Source: Nemertoderma westbladi (Eukaryota; Animalia; Xenacoelomorpha). From it: a DNA stretch of 64,000 bases. Below, piece by piece: positions 1-11,387 of the stretch. Made by a program: the position numbers and the translations under genes. The notes below the pieces were generated by a model, which had not been told where the DNA came from, ran no database searches, and was given only the letters and a program-made list of their open reading frames with translations. The DNA is taken from the NCBI GenBank assembly GCA_032718475.1, contig JAUCBJ010008410.1, positions 1,112 through 65,111 on the forward strand. Reading direction: 5' to 3'. Numbering within the stretch: position 1 is the first letter of the stretch; every line of letters begins with the position of its first letter.

Positions 1-10
1 AGCTTACCAG

Positions 11-331
11 ATGGTATTTTTATGCCCTCAACCACCCAATTCTATTCCAGAACCTAAGTCGAACATGTACGTGACTACTAATATAATTGAAAATCAATAT
101 ATTAATGACTTTGGTTTAGCTTTACTTCGTCGTGTTGCGATACCTGATGACGTGAAATATGGTAGCGTAATAAATAAAGAATTTGTCAAGGATACAATTC
201 ATTATATCCCTGTAAAAAAATCATATAAGATAACATACATTCATATTGAAATAACAGACAAAGAAGGAAAAGATTTGAATTTTGAATACGGGACAACATC
301 TATTACATTACACTTTAAACGTATAAATTAA
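11..331 (+). CDS. Polinton minor capsid protein (penton), C-terminal part
   Basis: LLRRV...HYIPV...IHIEITDKEGKDLNFEYG..SITLHFK matches the Polinton penton C-terminus. Frame is open to the window edge, so likely 5'-truncated. Confidence 0.8.
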   Translation: MVFLCPQPPNSIPEPKSNMYVTTNIIENQYINDFGLALLRRVAIPDDVKYGSVINKEFVKDTIHYIPVKKSYKITYIHIEITDKEGKDLNFEYGTTSITLHFKRIN

Positions 332-332
332 A

Positions 333-893
333 ATGGATTCTGATTTATTTCAAAGATACAGTAAACCTCAATATGGGGGTTCAGACTCGAATCTTGCTGT
401 TTTTAAAGGTGGTAGAAGTACCAGAGGTTCGACGCAAGTTCCTGTTTTTCGAGGTGGTTCATATATTGACCCTTACGGTCAACAAATTGGCACATTTGGT
501 CCAAACTTAAAACAACGTCGTTTTCAGCGTTATCGTAGAGGTATGCAGGCAAATCAACACGGAGAAGGTATATTTACAGACGCCTTATCGACATTGAAAA
601 AATTTGGTAAGCCATTAGCTAAAAAAGTTTTACAGAAAGCTTTACCATTTACCACAAAATTTATGAGACAACACGTAATACCAAAAGGTAAGCGGGTCTT
701 ACATCAGCAGGCTAATACGGTTATTAATAAAGCGTTAAATAAAATGAAACCGTCAACAAGATCGGTTGTAGAAAAAGTTTATAGAGATTTAAAGCGACCC
801 GCTAGACCAATGTCTATGAACATACATCATCGACATAGTAAAAAGAGAAATATAAAGGGCAAACTGAAACACTGCGAAAAAAGTATTTTTTAA
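333..893 (+). CDS. Basic virion core-like protein with adenain-type cleavage motifs
   Basis: K/R-rich; repeated QYGG/FKGG/FRGG/QHGEG motifs; lies between penton and MCP. Confidence 0.7.
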   Translation: MDSDLFQRYSKPQYGGSDSNLAVFKGGRSTRGSTQVPVFRGGSYIDPYGQQIGTFGPNLKQRRFQRYRRGMQANQHGEGIFTDALSTLKKFGKPLAKKVLQKALPFTTKFMRQHVIPKGKRVLHQQANTVINKALNKMKPSTRSVVEKVYRDLKRPARPMSMNIHHRHSKKRNIKGKLKHCEKSIF

Positions 894-895
894 TA

Positions 896-2155
896 ATGTC
901 AATTATTAAGGAATTAGATTTATTTTCTACACAACCAATACAGACTGAATTTAAAGCAAAGCATTATGAAACAATTTACCCCGTATCTAATCTCAGAAGT
1001 GAATCTAGGGAGGTCACCTTCCTTGTACCCAGATCCAATGAATTCTATACGAAACTGCAAGATGCTTTATTAATTACAAAATGTACAGTACGCTGGGATA
1101 GGCGACTTGAAAACTCTCATATATATATGCTGAATTACCCCGCTGAAACTATGTGGAGTGATATTAAAATAGACCTTAATGAGAAGCAGGTTGAAAATAG
1201 CAATAACCATTATTTCTACAAGTCGTACTTATCCAATTTATTATTTACAACTTACGAGGATAAAAATGGGCTACTGGGTGCGGGTGGCTTTCATCAACCT
1301 TTATCTGAACACGGAAATGAAATTGACTCAGACGTGCATCCTATTGACGATGCCTTTAGTAAACAAATGCAATTTGTAAGTGGATTGACGATTGATTTTG
1401 ATACTGAAACTAAAATAATACAACCCGGGTATGATTTAAGAATGCATTTTAGAAAAGTATCAAATTCGTTTATTTTTAAAATCACTCCAAACGCAAACGC
1501 CGTGACAAATCTTCGGCTAGAATTAGATGAAATAAAGATTCTAATCCCTAGAATGGAGGTTAATCCAGTAATAGAAAGCAGTCACCTAAAAGGTTTAGAG
1601 AGCTACGATATTGAATATCAATTTCAAAAGAAAGAGGTGACAACATTTACTATTCCCGCACAAACCACAAATTACACCCAAACAAACATATTTGATGGTA
1701 AAAAACCCAAATTAGTTATTATCGGCTTCATAACAAATAACTCTTATTCGGGAGAATTAATTAGCAATCCCTTGAAATTTGAACATTTTAACCTTAGACG
1801 TGCGGAACTGATTGTAGACGGTCTTCCAGTAGGGGGTGTAATATACGAGCCTAATTTTACAGATGGAACATATATTTTTGAGTATACTCAATTAATGAAA
1901 AACATTAATACATATATTAACGGTTATGGAGGTAATAATATAGACCATGAAACCTACTTAGGTAATTGCCCCCTCCTATCCTGGGACCTAACCGCCGACG
2001 GGTATGTTAGAGATCCGCAACCGTCGATATATACTAACGGCAAATTAAAATTAAGATTTGCCGAACCGTTGGTTGAAACCATAAATGTAATCGTTTTTAA
2101 TATTTATGATCAATCATTAAGTTTAAATAGCAGGAAAGAAATACATATCGATTAA
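896..2155 (+). CDS. Polinton major capsid protein (double jelly-roll, hexon-like)
   Basis: N-terminal ELDLF..P.QT, NYPAETMWSDIKIDLN, YFYKSY, PKLVIIGF, NPLKFEHFNL, WDLTAD, LKLRFAEPL motifs; 419 aa, intact. Confidence 0.9.
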   Translation: MSIIKELDLFSTQPIQTEFKAKHYETIYPVSNLRSESREVTFLVPRSNEFYTKLQDALLITKCTVRWDRRLENSHIYMLNYPAETMWSDIKIDLNEKQVENSNNHYFYKSYLSNLLFTTYEDKNGLLGAGGFHQPLSEHGNEIDSDVHPIDDAFSKQMQFVSGLTIDFDTETKIIQPGYDLRMHFRKVSNSFIFKITPNANAVTNLRLELDEIKILIPRMEVNPVIESSHLKGLESYDIEYQFQKKEVTTFTIPAQTTNYTQTNIFDGKKPKLVIIGFITNNSYSGELISNPLKFEHFNLRRAELIVDGLPVGGVIYEPNFTDGTYIFEYTQLMKNINTYINGYGGNNIDHETYLGNCPLLSWDLTADGYVRDPQPSIYTNGKLKLRFAEPLVETINVIVFNIYDQSLSLNSRKEIHID

Positions 2156-2157
2156 GT

Positions 2158-2613
2158 ATGTTATCTACAGAGGACCTTGATATGTTTCCAGTGGGCGGTC
2201 ACTATTTGGGAGCGTTTCCAGCTAACAAATTACCTAAATTAGATAATAATAATAAGCGGCGGGATTATGGGTTAATAGTAAATACCGATAAAGAGCATCT
2301 GCCCGGGATTCATTGGATCGGGATATATATACGAGATAATGAGGCCGAAGTATTTGACTCGTTTGGACCAAAATATCCAAACAGATGCATCGAAAAATGG
2401 CTTGAGAAAAATTCCGCGAGGTGGCGTACTACACGCAAACAATTTCAAGACCCCCGGAGGACCACATGCGGTCTGTACTGTCTTTATTATTTGGTAAATC
2501 GTATTCACACAATCTATCCAATGAGTGCGTTTACAAATAATGTGGAAATAAATGAAATTATATTATATAAATGGCTTGTTAATTATTATAAATTAAACCA
2601 ACAAACTTTGTAA
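2158..2613 (+). CDS. Adenain-like cysteine maturation protease
   Basis: IVNTD...PGIHW (His), VFDSFG (Asp), FQ....TCGLYC (Gln/Cys) catalytic motifs. Confidence 0.92.
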   Translation: MLSTEDLDMFPVGGHYLGAFPANKLPKLDNNNKRRDYGLIVNTDKEHLPGIHWIGIYIRDNEAEVFDSFGPKYPNRCIEKWLEKNSARWRTTRKQFQDPRRTTCGLYCLYYLVNRIHTIYPMSAFTNNVEINEIILYKWLVNYYKLNQQTL

Positions 2614-2644
2614 TTAATTATTTAACTTTTGTTTATCAGATAAA

Positions 2645-3244
2645 ATGGATAATATTACTTTTGTTGATTTTCAATATTATAAGATAGACAATAAAGAGTA
2701 TCCGGTAGTATTTAAAGAATTTGCTATTTTCGATTCTAATTACACCAAAACTAATATAAAGACGTTTTTAATTAAAGGCCCTCCTAATATTAAATTATCA
2801 GCATTAGATGCAGCCCACGTAAACAATTTACGGGATATGGCTTCTCACTTGCCCTGGAACTATGGAGACATTTCGCAAGACGACTTTAAAAAATATATGA
2901 AGAGATATTTAAAATATAAAAAAAATATTCATGTATTTGGGTTGATGAAGCGGGCAATATTAGTTTCCCAACTCGATGTTCTCGAGCCAAATTCGGTGGA
3001 GAAATTGGGAATATATAAGCAATATCATGATTATTTAACCCCTTGTCGATTTCACGACCGATTCACTACAGTGGAAAGTAAATGCACGTTCCACTTAAAC
3101 ATAAGGGATAACTGTCTGCGATACTGCTCAGCAAAACGCGTTGGGGGGTTTGAGGCTCTACACTTTTTCATGAGAAAGCGTTTAACTGCGACTGATGATG
3201 ATGATAAACAGAAAGAAATAACTGCGGTGGAAGATGTACTGTAG
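2645..3244 (+). CDS. DEDD/DnaQ-like nuclease-fold protein (possibly inactive)
   Basis: N-terminal FVDFQ..VFKEFAIF, HLPWNYGDI and C-terminal C..H...CS resemble a DEDD-like family common in Polintons; Q in place of the DxE glutamate. Confidence 0.5.
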   Translation: MDNITFVDFQYYKIDNKEYPVVFKEFAIFDSNYTKTNIKTFLIKGPPNIKLSALDAAHVNNLRDMASHLPWNYGDISQDDFKKYMKRYLKYKKNIHVFGLMKRAILVSQLDVLEPNSVEKLGIYKQYHDYLTPCRFHDRFTTVESKCTFHLNIRDNCLRYCSAKRVGGFEALHFFMRKRLTATDDDDKQKEITAVEDVL

Positions 3245-3611
3245 GTTTACTCTAAGCATGTAATGTGATGGGATAATATAATTTTATTTTGGTGATGATC
3301 TTGATGTTAATATAAAAATATAATAAAATATAATTTTTTTTACAACAAGTTCTCTAAAAGAGTCAATCGCGGTAGGTTAACCATGCACATTTAACAATAT
3401 GACGTAGACGTAACATGTACAGTAAGTATTCTCGATATCGTTCTAATATAGATATACTGGTATTGCGAAACATCCTATACATCGCAAACTAATAACACAT
3501 ACAGTAGTTGACTAGTAATATTAGTCAGAAATGCAACATAAATTGTATAGGATGTAGTGTTAACCTGTTGGTACCGGTACTGATAAATTCAATAATTTAT
3601 TATAAGCCTAA

Positions 3612-4358
3612 CCACAACTGTCATCCGCTTTATCAGTACCGGTAGTGTTTTACTCTTCCAACACTGTAGTCACAGTCTACTGGTATCAGTACAGCAGTAA
3701 TCTGAAGCAATAGCATACTGCTGTCATGATCTGGATTACACGCAGGAGTCTCTCATATAGGGATTAGATCACCTATCCAAACAATACAGTACTGCAGTAC
3801 TGTCGTTGTTCTTGATGTAACAGCATAATCAGATAGAGCATACTGATTTCCTTTGATTAGCATTGTACCGCAGTACCAGTACTACAGTATTAATGTAACA
3901 GTACCCGCAGTAACAAACTAGGCTAATGTATACAATATCGTGAGTCAGTTACAATCAGATGTGTACGCAGTCAGCCACTCCTATCCACAACTGTCATCCA
4001 TTTTATCAGTACAGCAGTAATCTGATGTAATAACATTTGTTTTTTTTTTCAACTATAAGGATACTGCTGTCTACCCGAACCTTGATTAGCATACTGCTGT
4101 CATAACCTAGAAGGGACGCGTAGCTCTCACATATAGGGATTAGATCACCTACCCAAACAATACAGTACTGCAGTACTGTCGCTGTTCTTGATGTAACAGT
4201 ATAGTCAGATAGAGCATGCTGATTTCCTTTAATTAGCATTGTACTGCAGTACGGTACCGGTACCACAGTATTAATGTAACAGTACCCGTAGTAACAAACT
4301 GAGTCAATGTATACTTTATCGTGAGCCAGTTACAATCGGATGTGCGCGCAGTCAGCCA
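3612..4358. repeat. Two imperfect ~373-bp direct repeats rich in palindromes
   Basis: CCACAACTGTCATCC starts at 3612 and 3985. Each unit has the 18-bp palindrome ACAGTACTGCAGTACTGT (3786-3803, 4162-4179). Confidence 0.85.
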
Positions 4359-4403
4359 TACTGCTGGGAAACGGTCCACCTTGCAGCCGTCTAGCCACCC
4401 TCA

Positions 4404-4560
4404 CAGTCAGCCTCGCGGCACGCAGTCAGCCTCGCAGTCAGCCTCGCGGCATGCAGTCAGCCTCGCAACCAGCCTCGCAGCACGCAGTCAGCCTCGTGGT
4501 CGGTCATGTAGTCAGCCTCGCGGCACGCAGCCAGCCATGCAGCTAGACACGCAGTCAACC
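4404..4560. repeat. GC-rich minisatellite (GCAGTCAGCCTCGCGGCAC-like units); second copy at 10593-10749
   Basis: About 7 variable units of CAGTCAGCCTCGC visible directly. Confidence 0.85.
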
Positions 4561-4652
4561 CGTGAGAGTCATGCTTATTCAAACGAGGTTAGTTTTCCCT
4601 AACTACCGATTGATTGATTGATTGAAAAATAATAATGTTTAATTTTCACCTT

Positions 4653-5198
4653 CTAATCACCAACACCTAAAGTCACAACACCAAACATTAATAAATAATT
4701 AACAAGTTTACTAAATATAGGGTAATAAATGTGAAATTTGCTAGGTGAACACATTAAAGTACATTTACCGGTATGAAAGCAGCAAATGACTACAGTATTA
4801 TTTATTCTTATTTTGCAATTATTAAAAATTTCAGGTTCATATATAACTTGAAGTTGCACATTATCAAAGACAACATAAAACCCTGTATTGTTTATCAATA
4901 ACCTATAGACTACAGACTTAATACTAAAAATATAAGTACATAAATTAACAGATTTTAAAATCAAATTAATACTAGTTTTATCAAATATATGTTTTTTTAC
5001 TTTTTGGAAATTATACTTACTGCCTAATAATGTAATACGACCATTTTTAAATATTAATAATGTGGCACCAAATATCTTATATATAAACTGATTTGGTTTG
5101 AGTATGTGTTTACCAGATAATTGATTTTTTAATTCTTTCAAATTAATTGCTGACACTTGCTGGCAACTTACATTCTTATTGACTATCTGATAGTTCAT
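4653..5198 (-). CDS. TATA-binding protein (TBP)-like protein, copy 1
   Basis: 181 aa with two-repeat TBP pattern: IVN..V, INLKEL, TLLIFKNGRITLLGSK; SVNL, YEPEIF, CCFHTGKCTL. Overlaps the pPolB 3' end by 23 nt. Confidence 0.75.
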   Translation of the reverse strand: MNYQIVNKNVSCQQVSAINLKELKNQLSGKHILKPNQFIYKIFGATLLIFKNGRITLLGSKYNFQKVKKHIFDKTSINLILKSVNLCTYIFSIKSVVYRLLINNTGFYVVFDNVQLQVIYEPEIFNNCKIRINNTVVICCFHTGKCTLMCSPSKFHIYYPIFSKLVNYLLMFGVVTLGVGD

Positions 5199-8100
5199 TG
5201 TTTGGTTCCTGATAAATTGGTATATTGTTTTTTTTCATAGGTTTTTCGACCTTTGTTTGATAGTGACCCCAGGGAAGCGAATGATTTTTATTAACCCAAT
5301 AAAGTTTATCATCAAATGCGCTGAGAGCAAACTTATCTCGTGCTATAGTATACACTTTGTGTAATTTACTTTGAAATTGATGTGTTTCCTTGGAAATTTC
5401 TTCGTTATCGTAATATGCCCTCAAATAATCTTCGTGACAAATATTTTTATCCACGACAGCTCTTGTTATTCCTTTTGCCCGTCGTATATTGGAATCATTC
5501 CATTCTAAAATTGAATATAATTTTGGTCTTAAAAATACCGCTTGTTTAATCTCTCGTGAGGCTAGTTCGTCTTTACAGTAATAGAGCCTGGATTTATTTT
5601 TATCGCTGTAGAGAGGGTGATCCTTGGGGTAATTGGATGTATCTAGAATATTATTTTTAATTAAGGCTTTTAAAAAATTATTCTGCGATGTATTATAGTA
5701 ACAACCTATTAAAGAGTCCGTGTCTGATGCTACAATTTCAATTCGGCAGTTTAATTCTTTCTCAATAGGTAGCAATTTATCGTAATACAGCTGATACATA
5801 TCCAATTTAGCCAAGTCCAAGACAGTACTACCTATATAGACCGGCTTATCGAGAGTTACAGAGTCTTTTACTAATAAATGTCCCGATAAGGAATCGTTAT
5901 AAATCATGAAATTTTCATGATTTATTCGTTTGACTAATTGGTCACATTTTTCTTTACTATTAGCGATACGAAAGTTGCATCGGTCCCTTATCTTCTCTAT
6001 CGTTTTTCCAAATAAAGAATTGTTCAGCAATTTCGCGACAGCTGTTTAAATATAACTTTTTGCTAGCCGCCTTTGATTAATATTAAAATCTATATAGGGT
6101 TTAAATACAAAGTCTTGATGGAAAGAATATAATTTATGGAGCTTAGTAACAATTAAACCTTGTTTTATATAAAATTTTAACAGTTTTAAATTTACATGAT
6201 AGAATTCTTTATCGAATTGTGTCAACATAAGTTTCGGTGCACACATCTTATACTTGCTATTAGTGCCTCTTTGTTTACAAACATTGTTAAATTGTTCCCT
6301 CATATAAGGTGAAAGCATTGTCTCATTTATACTTAAATGTTCTGGAGCTAAGGGTAGTTCTAATGTACGATCGTGAATATCTTTGGGATATTTCAAATCG
6401 CAAATTAAGAAAAACCCAATATCACCTTCAGTATCAAGATTTGTTAAATATTTTATCAGTTCTTCTGGAGCAGCATTCTCTAAATATGTAACGTTGACTT
6501 GTTCAAAACCTGAAACAGGTAGCTTTTTACTTAAATTACCAGAATACAAGGAATTAAAATCTATATTGAAAATATGACACTCTTCCTTGCTTGGATCATA
6601 ATTATCAGTATCTGGTATATTTGATTCTATGTAATGCTTTCGACAGAATGAAACCCCTCCTCTAATAGATGCTTCAAAATCTCTATATGTTTGGTAATCT
6701 TTTATTAATGTTAACTTACATTTATTGTATTTCAGGGCGCAATCATAAGTGAAAGCTGCGATACTGCAATAATAAACTACTTCTAATTCGTAGTTTTGTC
6801 TACACACTCTCCTAAAGTTCTCAAATATATCAGCGAGGAGACAAACATCGAGTTTTAAGTATGCTAAAAGATAATCCTTGAGATTCACACAGTCAAACTG
6901 ACTCCATGATGCGTTGGCAAAACTATATTCCTCGGGTGTACAGGTATTTTGTGTTAATTTACTATAAAATTTGTCTATTGATGGTAATTTCGAATCATTG
7001 AATTTATTTAAATCTGTCAGATACTCGTAGGGAAATATACCTTTTCGTTTAATTGTTGCATTATTTAAATTTGGATAAAAATATTTCATTTGCTGTTCAG
7101 TAATTGGTAGAACTGATGTTATATCCTCGCTGTCTATATCCTTTGTTGAACAATCAACTAAAGTACTTAGGGAAAAGGATAAAAATTGATATGTGTCTAA
7201 GACACGTAGCTCGATCTTAGTTTTTTCATCTTTCACTGGTATATGCATGCTTAGTGAAATATACCTTTCAGAATTTTTAGGGATTACCTTTATATCCCAA
7301 TCGGAATATTTATTATTGCTAAAACCAACTTGCAAAAGAAAATGCAAATCGTAGAGATTGCAGTTGTGTGCAGCGAGTATATACATGTGTCATTTCAACG
7401 ATAAAGAGCGGTTACATGCGTTACAAGCGGCCGCTATATAGTTACCAGTAATATGTGAGTGATGTTTGTTTTTCTCAGACTTATCCTTAAATAAAACATT
7501 GCAATAAAAGCAAGTTTTAGCTTTCCAAAAACTTAACTTATCTGCATCATTAAGTATCATTCTCTCTCTTGTGTGGTCTTCCGACCACTTATATAATTGG
7601 GTGATGTCATTATATACAGAGTCTAAAAAGTCTTGAATACAGTTGTTGTCGATTGTTTTTGTAAAGGTCTTCAAATAAAATTTTGGTGGATTGATTAATT
7701 CGGCACTAGGAACAATTAAATAACTTACAGCGCATGGAATATGATTCTGAATAAATTTACTGTTGGTGGCTGGCTCCAAAATAGATTCTATGTCAAAATA
7801 TATTACAAACAATGCTGGTAATGTTCTGTCTAAATTTCTAAAGCTAATGTGAGTTCTTTTTTCAGATGGTAGCTTCTCAACTTGACTTTTTCCTCGATAA
7901 CAAACAAGACGGTGACGTTCTAGAACATCATTGGTGTAGAAAGGCGCCAAACACCGTTCACAATATTTCCTACCACGAGTATGAAGAGCTCTCGTATTCA
8001 TCAAACGATTCAAGTTAGTTATGCAAACATAATGTGATTGTTTACTCGTATTCTTATTTTTTACAAGTAATATATTCAATAACTCTTTATCTGGAGTGAT

Positions 8101-9198
8101 TTTACTAAATGGTGCCTGTCTTAATATAGATACTCGATTGTTGTTGTAGAGTAATAAATTAATTATATATGCTGAATTCTGTTTTTCAAAAAGTTTAATT
8201 GCAAGCTGCCATTCTGTTGGATAATCTTTGTTCCCGTTGTCAAAAATAAAATGACACATATAATTTTTGTACTGCGAAGTACAATATTTGTTGTTCTTCA
8301 CTTTGCTACTAAATTTTGTAGCTATAATTGCCCATTTAAAACAATCATTATCAGCCGTTTGTATATTTATAACACATTTTTTAACTGATAGAGCCTTAGG
8401 TAACTCCATATAACCGTGTCCCTTATATAGTAACGACCTACACTTGGATTCAGCTACTTTAATTTCAACCCTTAATAAAGATTTAACACGCCACCCTGAG
8501 CCACGAGTGTTAAACATGGCTATTTTTTGCATTAATTTTTCTAATACATACTCAAACCATGTGTCAAAACTTTCATGTGAATCTACGGTATTAACTGCAC
8601 CACCTGAAGAACTAAAATAGAAAGCTTCTTCTTGATCACCCTCTGAAAAATGTGATCGATACATGAGTATATTCACACCTAGCCAGGGTCTAAGTACATT
8701 CATTTCGCTAAGTTTTCCTAATAATAAAGTTTGGATGTGAGGTAGAATTTTAATTAATGATGAATGAATATCAGGAAAATCTTCATCATTTGGAAGATTG
8801 TAAACATAGATTTCTAAACGGTTATCGTGTGCGGCTTGTTCGATGTTAAAAATTGATGAACCTTGACCAGATTTCAGTCTTTTTCTAGATACGATAGTAT
8901 TGTTTTGGTTCCGTTGTGGTGGTGGTCTAACATGATAATAACGTTGGTGACAGTCGTGACGTAAGTAATTCTCATATAAATACTCTTTATTACAAGTAGG
9001 GCAAGTTTTTTCATACACGCAAAACTTCATTTCTTTACATCCTGTAGTTGTTTCATGTCGTTTACATATTTCTTCACGTGAACATTTCACTCGACAATTA
9101 AAACAATTGTATTCTTCAAAATGAGATTTCACATGTGTTAAATAATTTCGTTTAGAAATTTGATGAGGACAAAATGGACATTTCAATTGTTTATCCAT
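5176..9198 (-). pseudogene. Protein-primed DNA polymerase B (pPolB), copy 1, with two in-frame stops
   Basis: Three ORFs in one frame separated by TGA (7390-7392) and TAA (6046-6048). Motifs: N-terminal Zn fingers, GSGW, DNDCF/HY (OTU-like), YFDIES, HNH-like insert, HN..YD, Y...DV, DFNSLY, KLLNNSLFGK, SDTDS. Confidence 0.9.
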
Positions 9199-9754
9199 CT
9201 CTTTATTATCCTAAAAACAATTTAAAATTAATATGAATATTGTTATATATATAATCAAAAAAATTCATAAGCTACTCAACACAAATAAAATATAATATCT
9301 AAACTTTAATTAATTTAATATTTTCAGAATGAGCTCGAATGAATCAGTTGAGCTCTTTATATATATATATATTTCAAGTTTCTACTTATACCAACCAATC
9401 ATAAATAACAGTTACATTGGAAACTAATATCATAAATAAAGTTGCTTTTACAACTGAATTCTTTATAATAAAATCAAGTCTAAACCAAGATGTGTATAAT
9501 GCGTTTTTAATTTTCATTGATAAAGTAGGTTTTACATGCAAATGTTTTATTATGGTGGTGTAAACTCATGCATTTACATGCGAATGTTTTATACCTAATC
9601 CCGTGCTCACATTAAATATAAACTATCACCAATATTTACTCAATAAAGTCACCTTTACATGCAAATACTTTATAATAATCACACTTTGTGATAAAAAGTT
9701 ACCTTTACAAGTCAGTGTGAAACTGAAAAAGAAAAGTCTCTAGTTAATAATAAA

Positions 9755-10144
9755 TCAATCTGATACTGTTTTTATATGTTCCTTATTGTAATCTGCTACC
9801 TCTTCACTTGCTTTTGTAACTTTTATTTTCTTTGTAGGTATAGAATCATTGTTGGGAATGGAAGATGTTTGAGATGTAGATCTGCGCTTTCTATCACTCG
9901 AGGTCTCTTCGATGTATGTCTTTGGATTAAATGTGGATGAAACTACTTCTGGAAATGACTTATTAACCTTAAACTTCCAAGTTGGTGGATATAGAATCGT
10001 GAAACCGTCTGCTATATCAGTTGATGAAACATTTAACATCATATCGTAGAGAAACTCTATATATGGTATGTCTTTATCGTAATGTAACTGTAAATATTTG
10101 CTTTCCTTGTCTGTAATAATTACTTTTTTTTCTTGTACATTTAT
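9755..10144 (-). pseudogene. 5'-truncated duplicate of the 347-aa (PC4-like) gene
   Basis: Matches 15948-16337; cut at the duplication junction. Confidence 0.9.
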
Positions 10145-10841
10145 GAGATGTGTACGCAGTCAGCCACTCCTATCCACAACTGTCATCCATTTTATCAGTA
10201 CAGCAGTAATCTGATGTAATAACATTTGTTTTTTTTTTCAACTATAAGGATACTGCTGTCTACCCGAACCTTGATTAGCATACTGCTGTCATAACCTAGA
10301 AGGGACGCGTAGCTCTCACATATAGGGATTAGATCACCTACCCAAACAATACAGTACTGCAGTACTGTCGCTGTTCTTGATGTAACAGTATAGTCAGATA
10401 GAGCATGCTGATTTCCTTTAATTAGCATTGTACTGCAGTACGGTACCGGTACCACAGTATTAATGTAACAGTACCCGTAGTAACAAACTGAGTCAATGTA
10501 TACTTTATCGTGAGCCAGTTACAATCGGATGTGCGCGCAGTCAGCCATACTGCTGGGAAACGGTCCACCTTGCAGCCGTCTAGCCACCCTCACAGTCAGC
10601 CTCGCGGCACGCAGTCAGCCTCGCAGTCAGCCTCGCGGCATGCAGTCAGCCTCGCAACCAGCCTCGCAGCACGCAGTCAGCCTCGTGGTCGGTCATGTAG
10701 TCAGCCTCGCGGCACGCAGCCAGCCATGCAGCTAGACACGCAGTCAACCCGTGAGAGTCATGCTTATTCAAACGAGGTTAGTTTTCCCTAACTACCGATT
10801 GATTGATTGATTGAAAAATAATAATGTTTAATTTTCACCTT

Positions 10842-11387
10842 CTAATCACCAACACCTAAAGTCACAACACCAAACATTAATAAATAATTAACAAGTTTAC
10901 TAAATATAGGGTAATAAATGTGAAATTTGCTAGGTGAACACATTAAAGTACATTTACCGGTATGAAAGCAGCAAATGACTACAGTATTATTTATTCTTAT
11001 TTTGCAATTATTAAAAATTTCAGGTTCATATATAACTTGAAGTTGCACATTATCAAAGACAACATAAAACCCTGTATTGTTTATCAATAACCTATAGACT
11101 ACAGACTTAATACTAAAAATATAAGTACATAAATTAACAGATTTTAAAATCAAATTAATACTAGTTTTATCAAATATATGTTTTTTTACTTTTTGGAAAT
11201 TATACTTACTGCCTAATAATGTAATACGACCATTTTTAAATATTAATAATGTGGCACCAAATATCTTATATATAAACTGATTTGGTTTGAGTATGTGTTT
11301 ACCAGATAATTGATTTTTTAATTCTTTCAAATTAATTGCTGACACTTGCTGGCAACTTACATTCTTATTGACTATCTGATAGTTCAT
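10842..11387 (-). CDS. TBP-like protein, copy 2
   Basis: Protein identical to 4653-5198. Confidence 0.75.
   Translation of the reverse strand: MNYQIVNKNVSCQQVSAINLKELKNQLSGKHILKPNQFIYKIFGATLLIFKNGRITLLGSKYNFQKVKKHIFDKTSINLILKSVNLCTYIFSIKSVVYRLLINNTGFYVVFDNVQLQVIYEPEIFNNCKIRINNTVVICCFHTGKCTLMCSPSKFHIYYPIFSKLVNYLLMFGVVTLGVGD

Noticed and set aside
4006-4602. Small ORFs 4006-4266, 4321-4602, 4340-4546 (and duplicates)
   Set aside because: Translations of repeat/minisatellite DNA, non-ATG starts, low complexity.
5176-9198. Alternative genetic code explaining the pPolB stops
   Set aside because: The two stops differ (TGA, TAA), and TAA/TAG/TGA terminate neighbouring genes normally.
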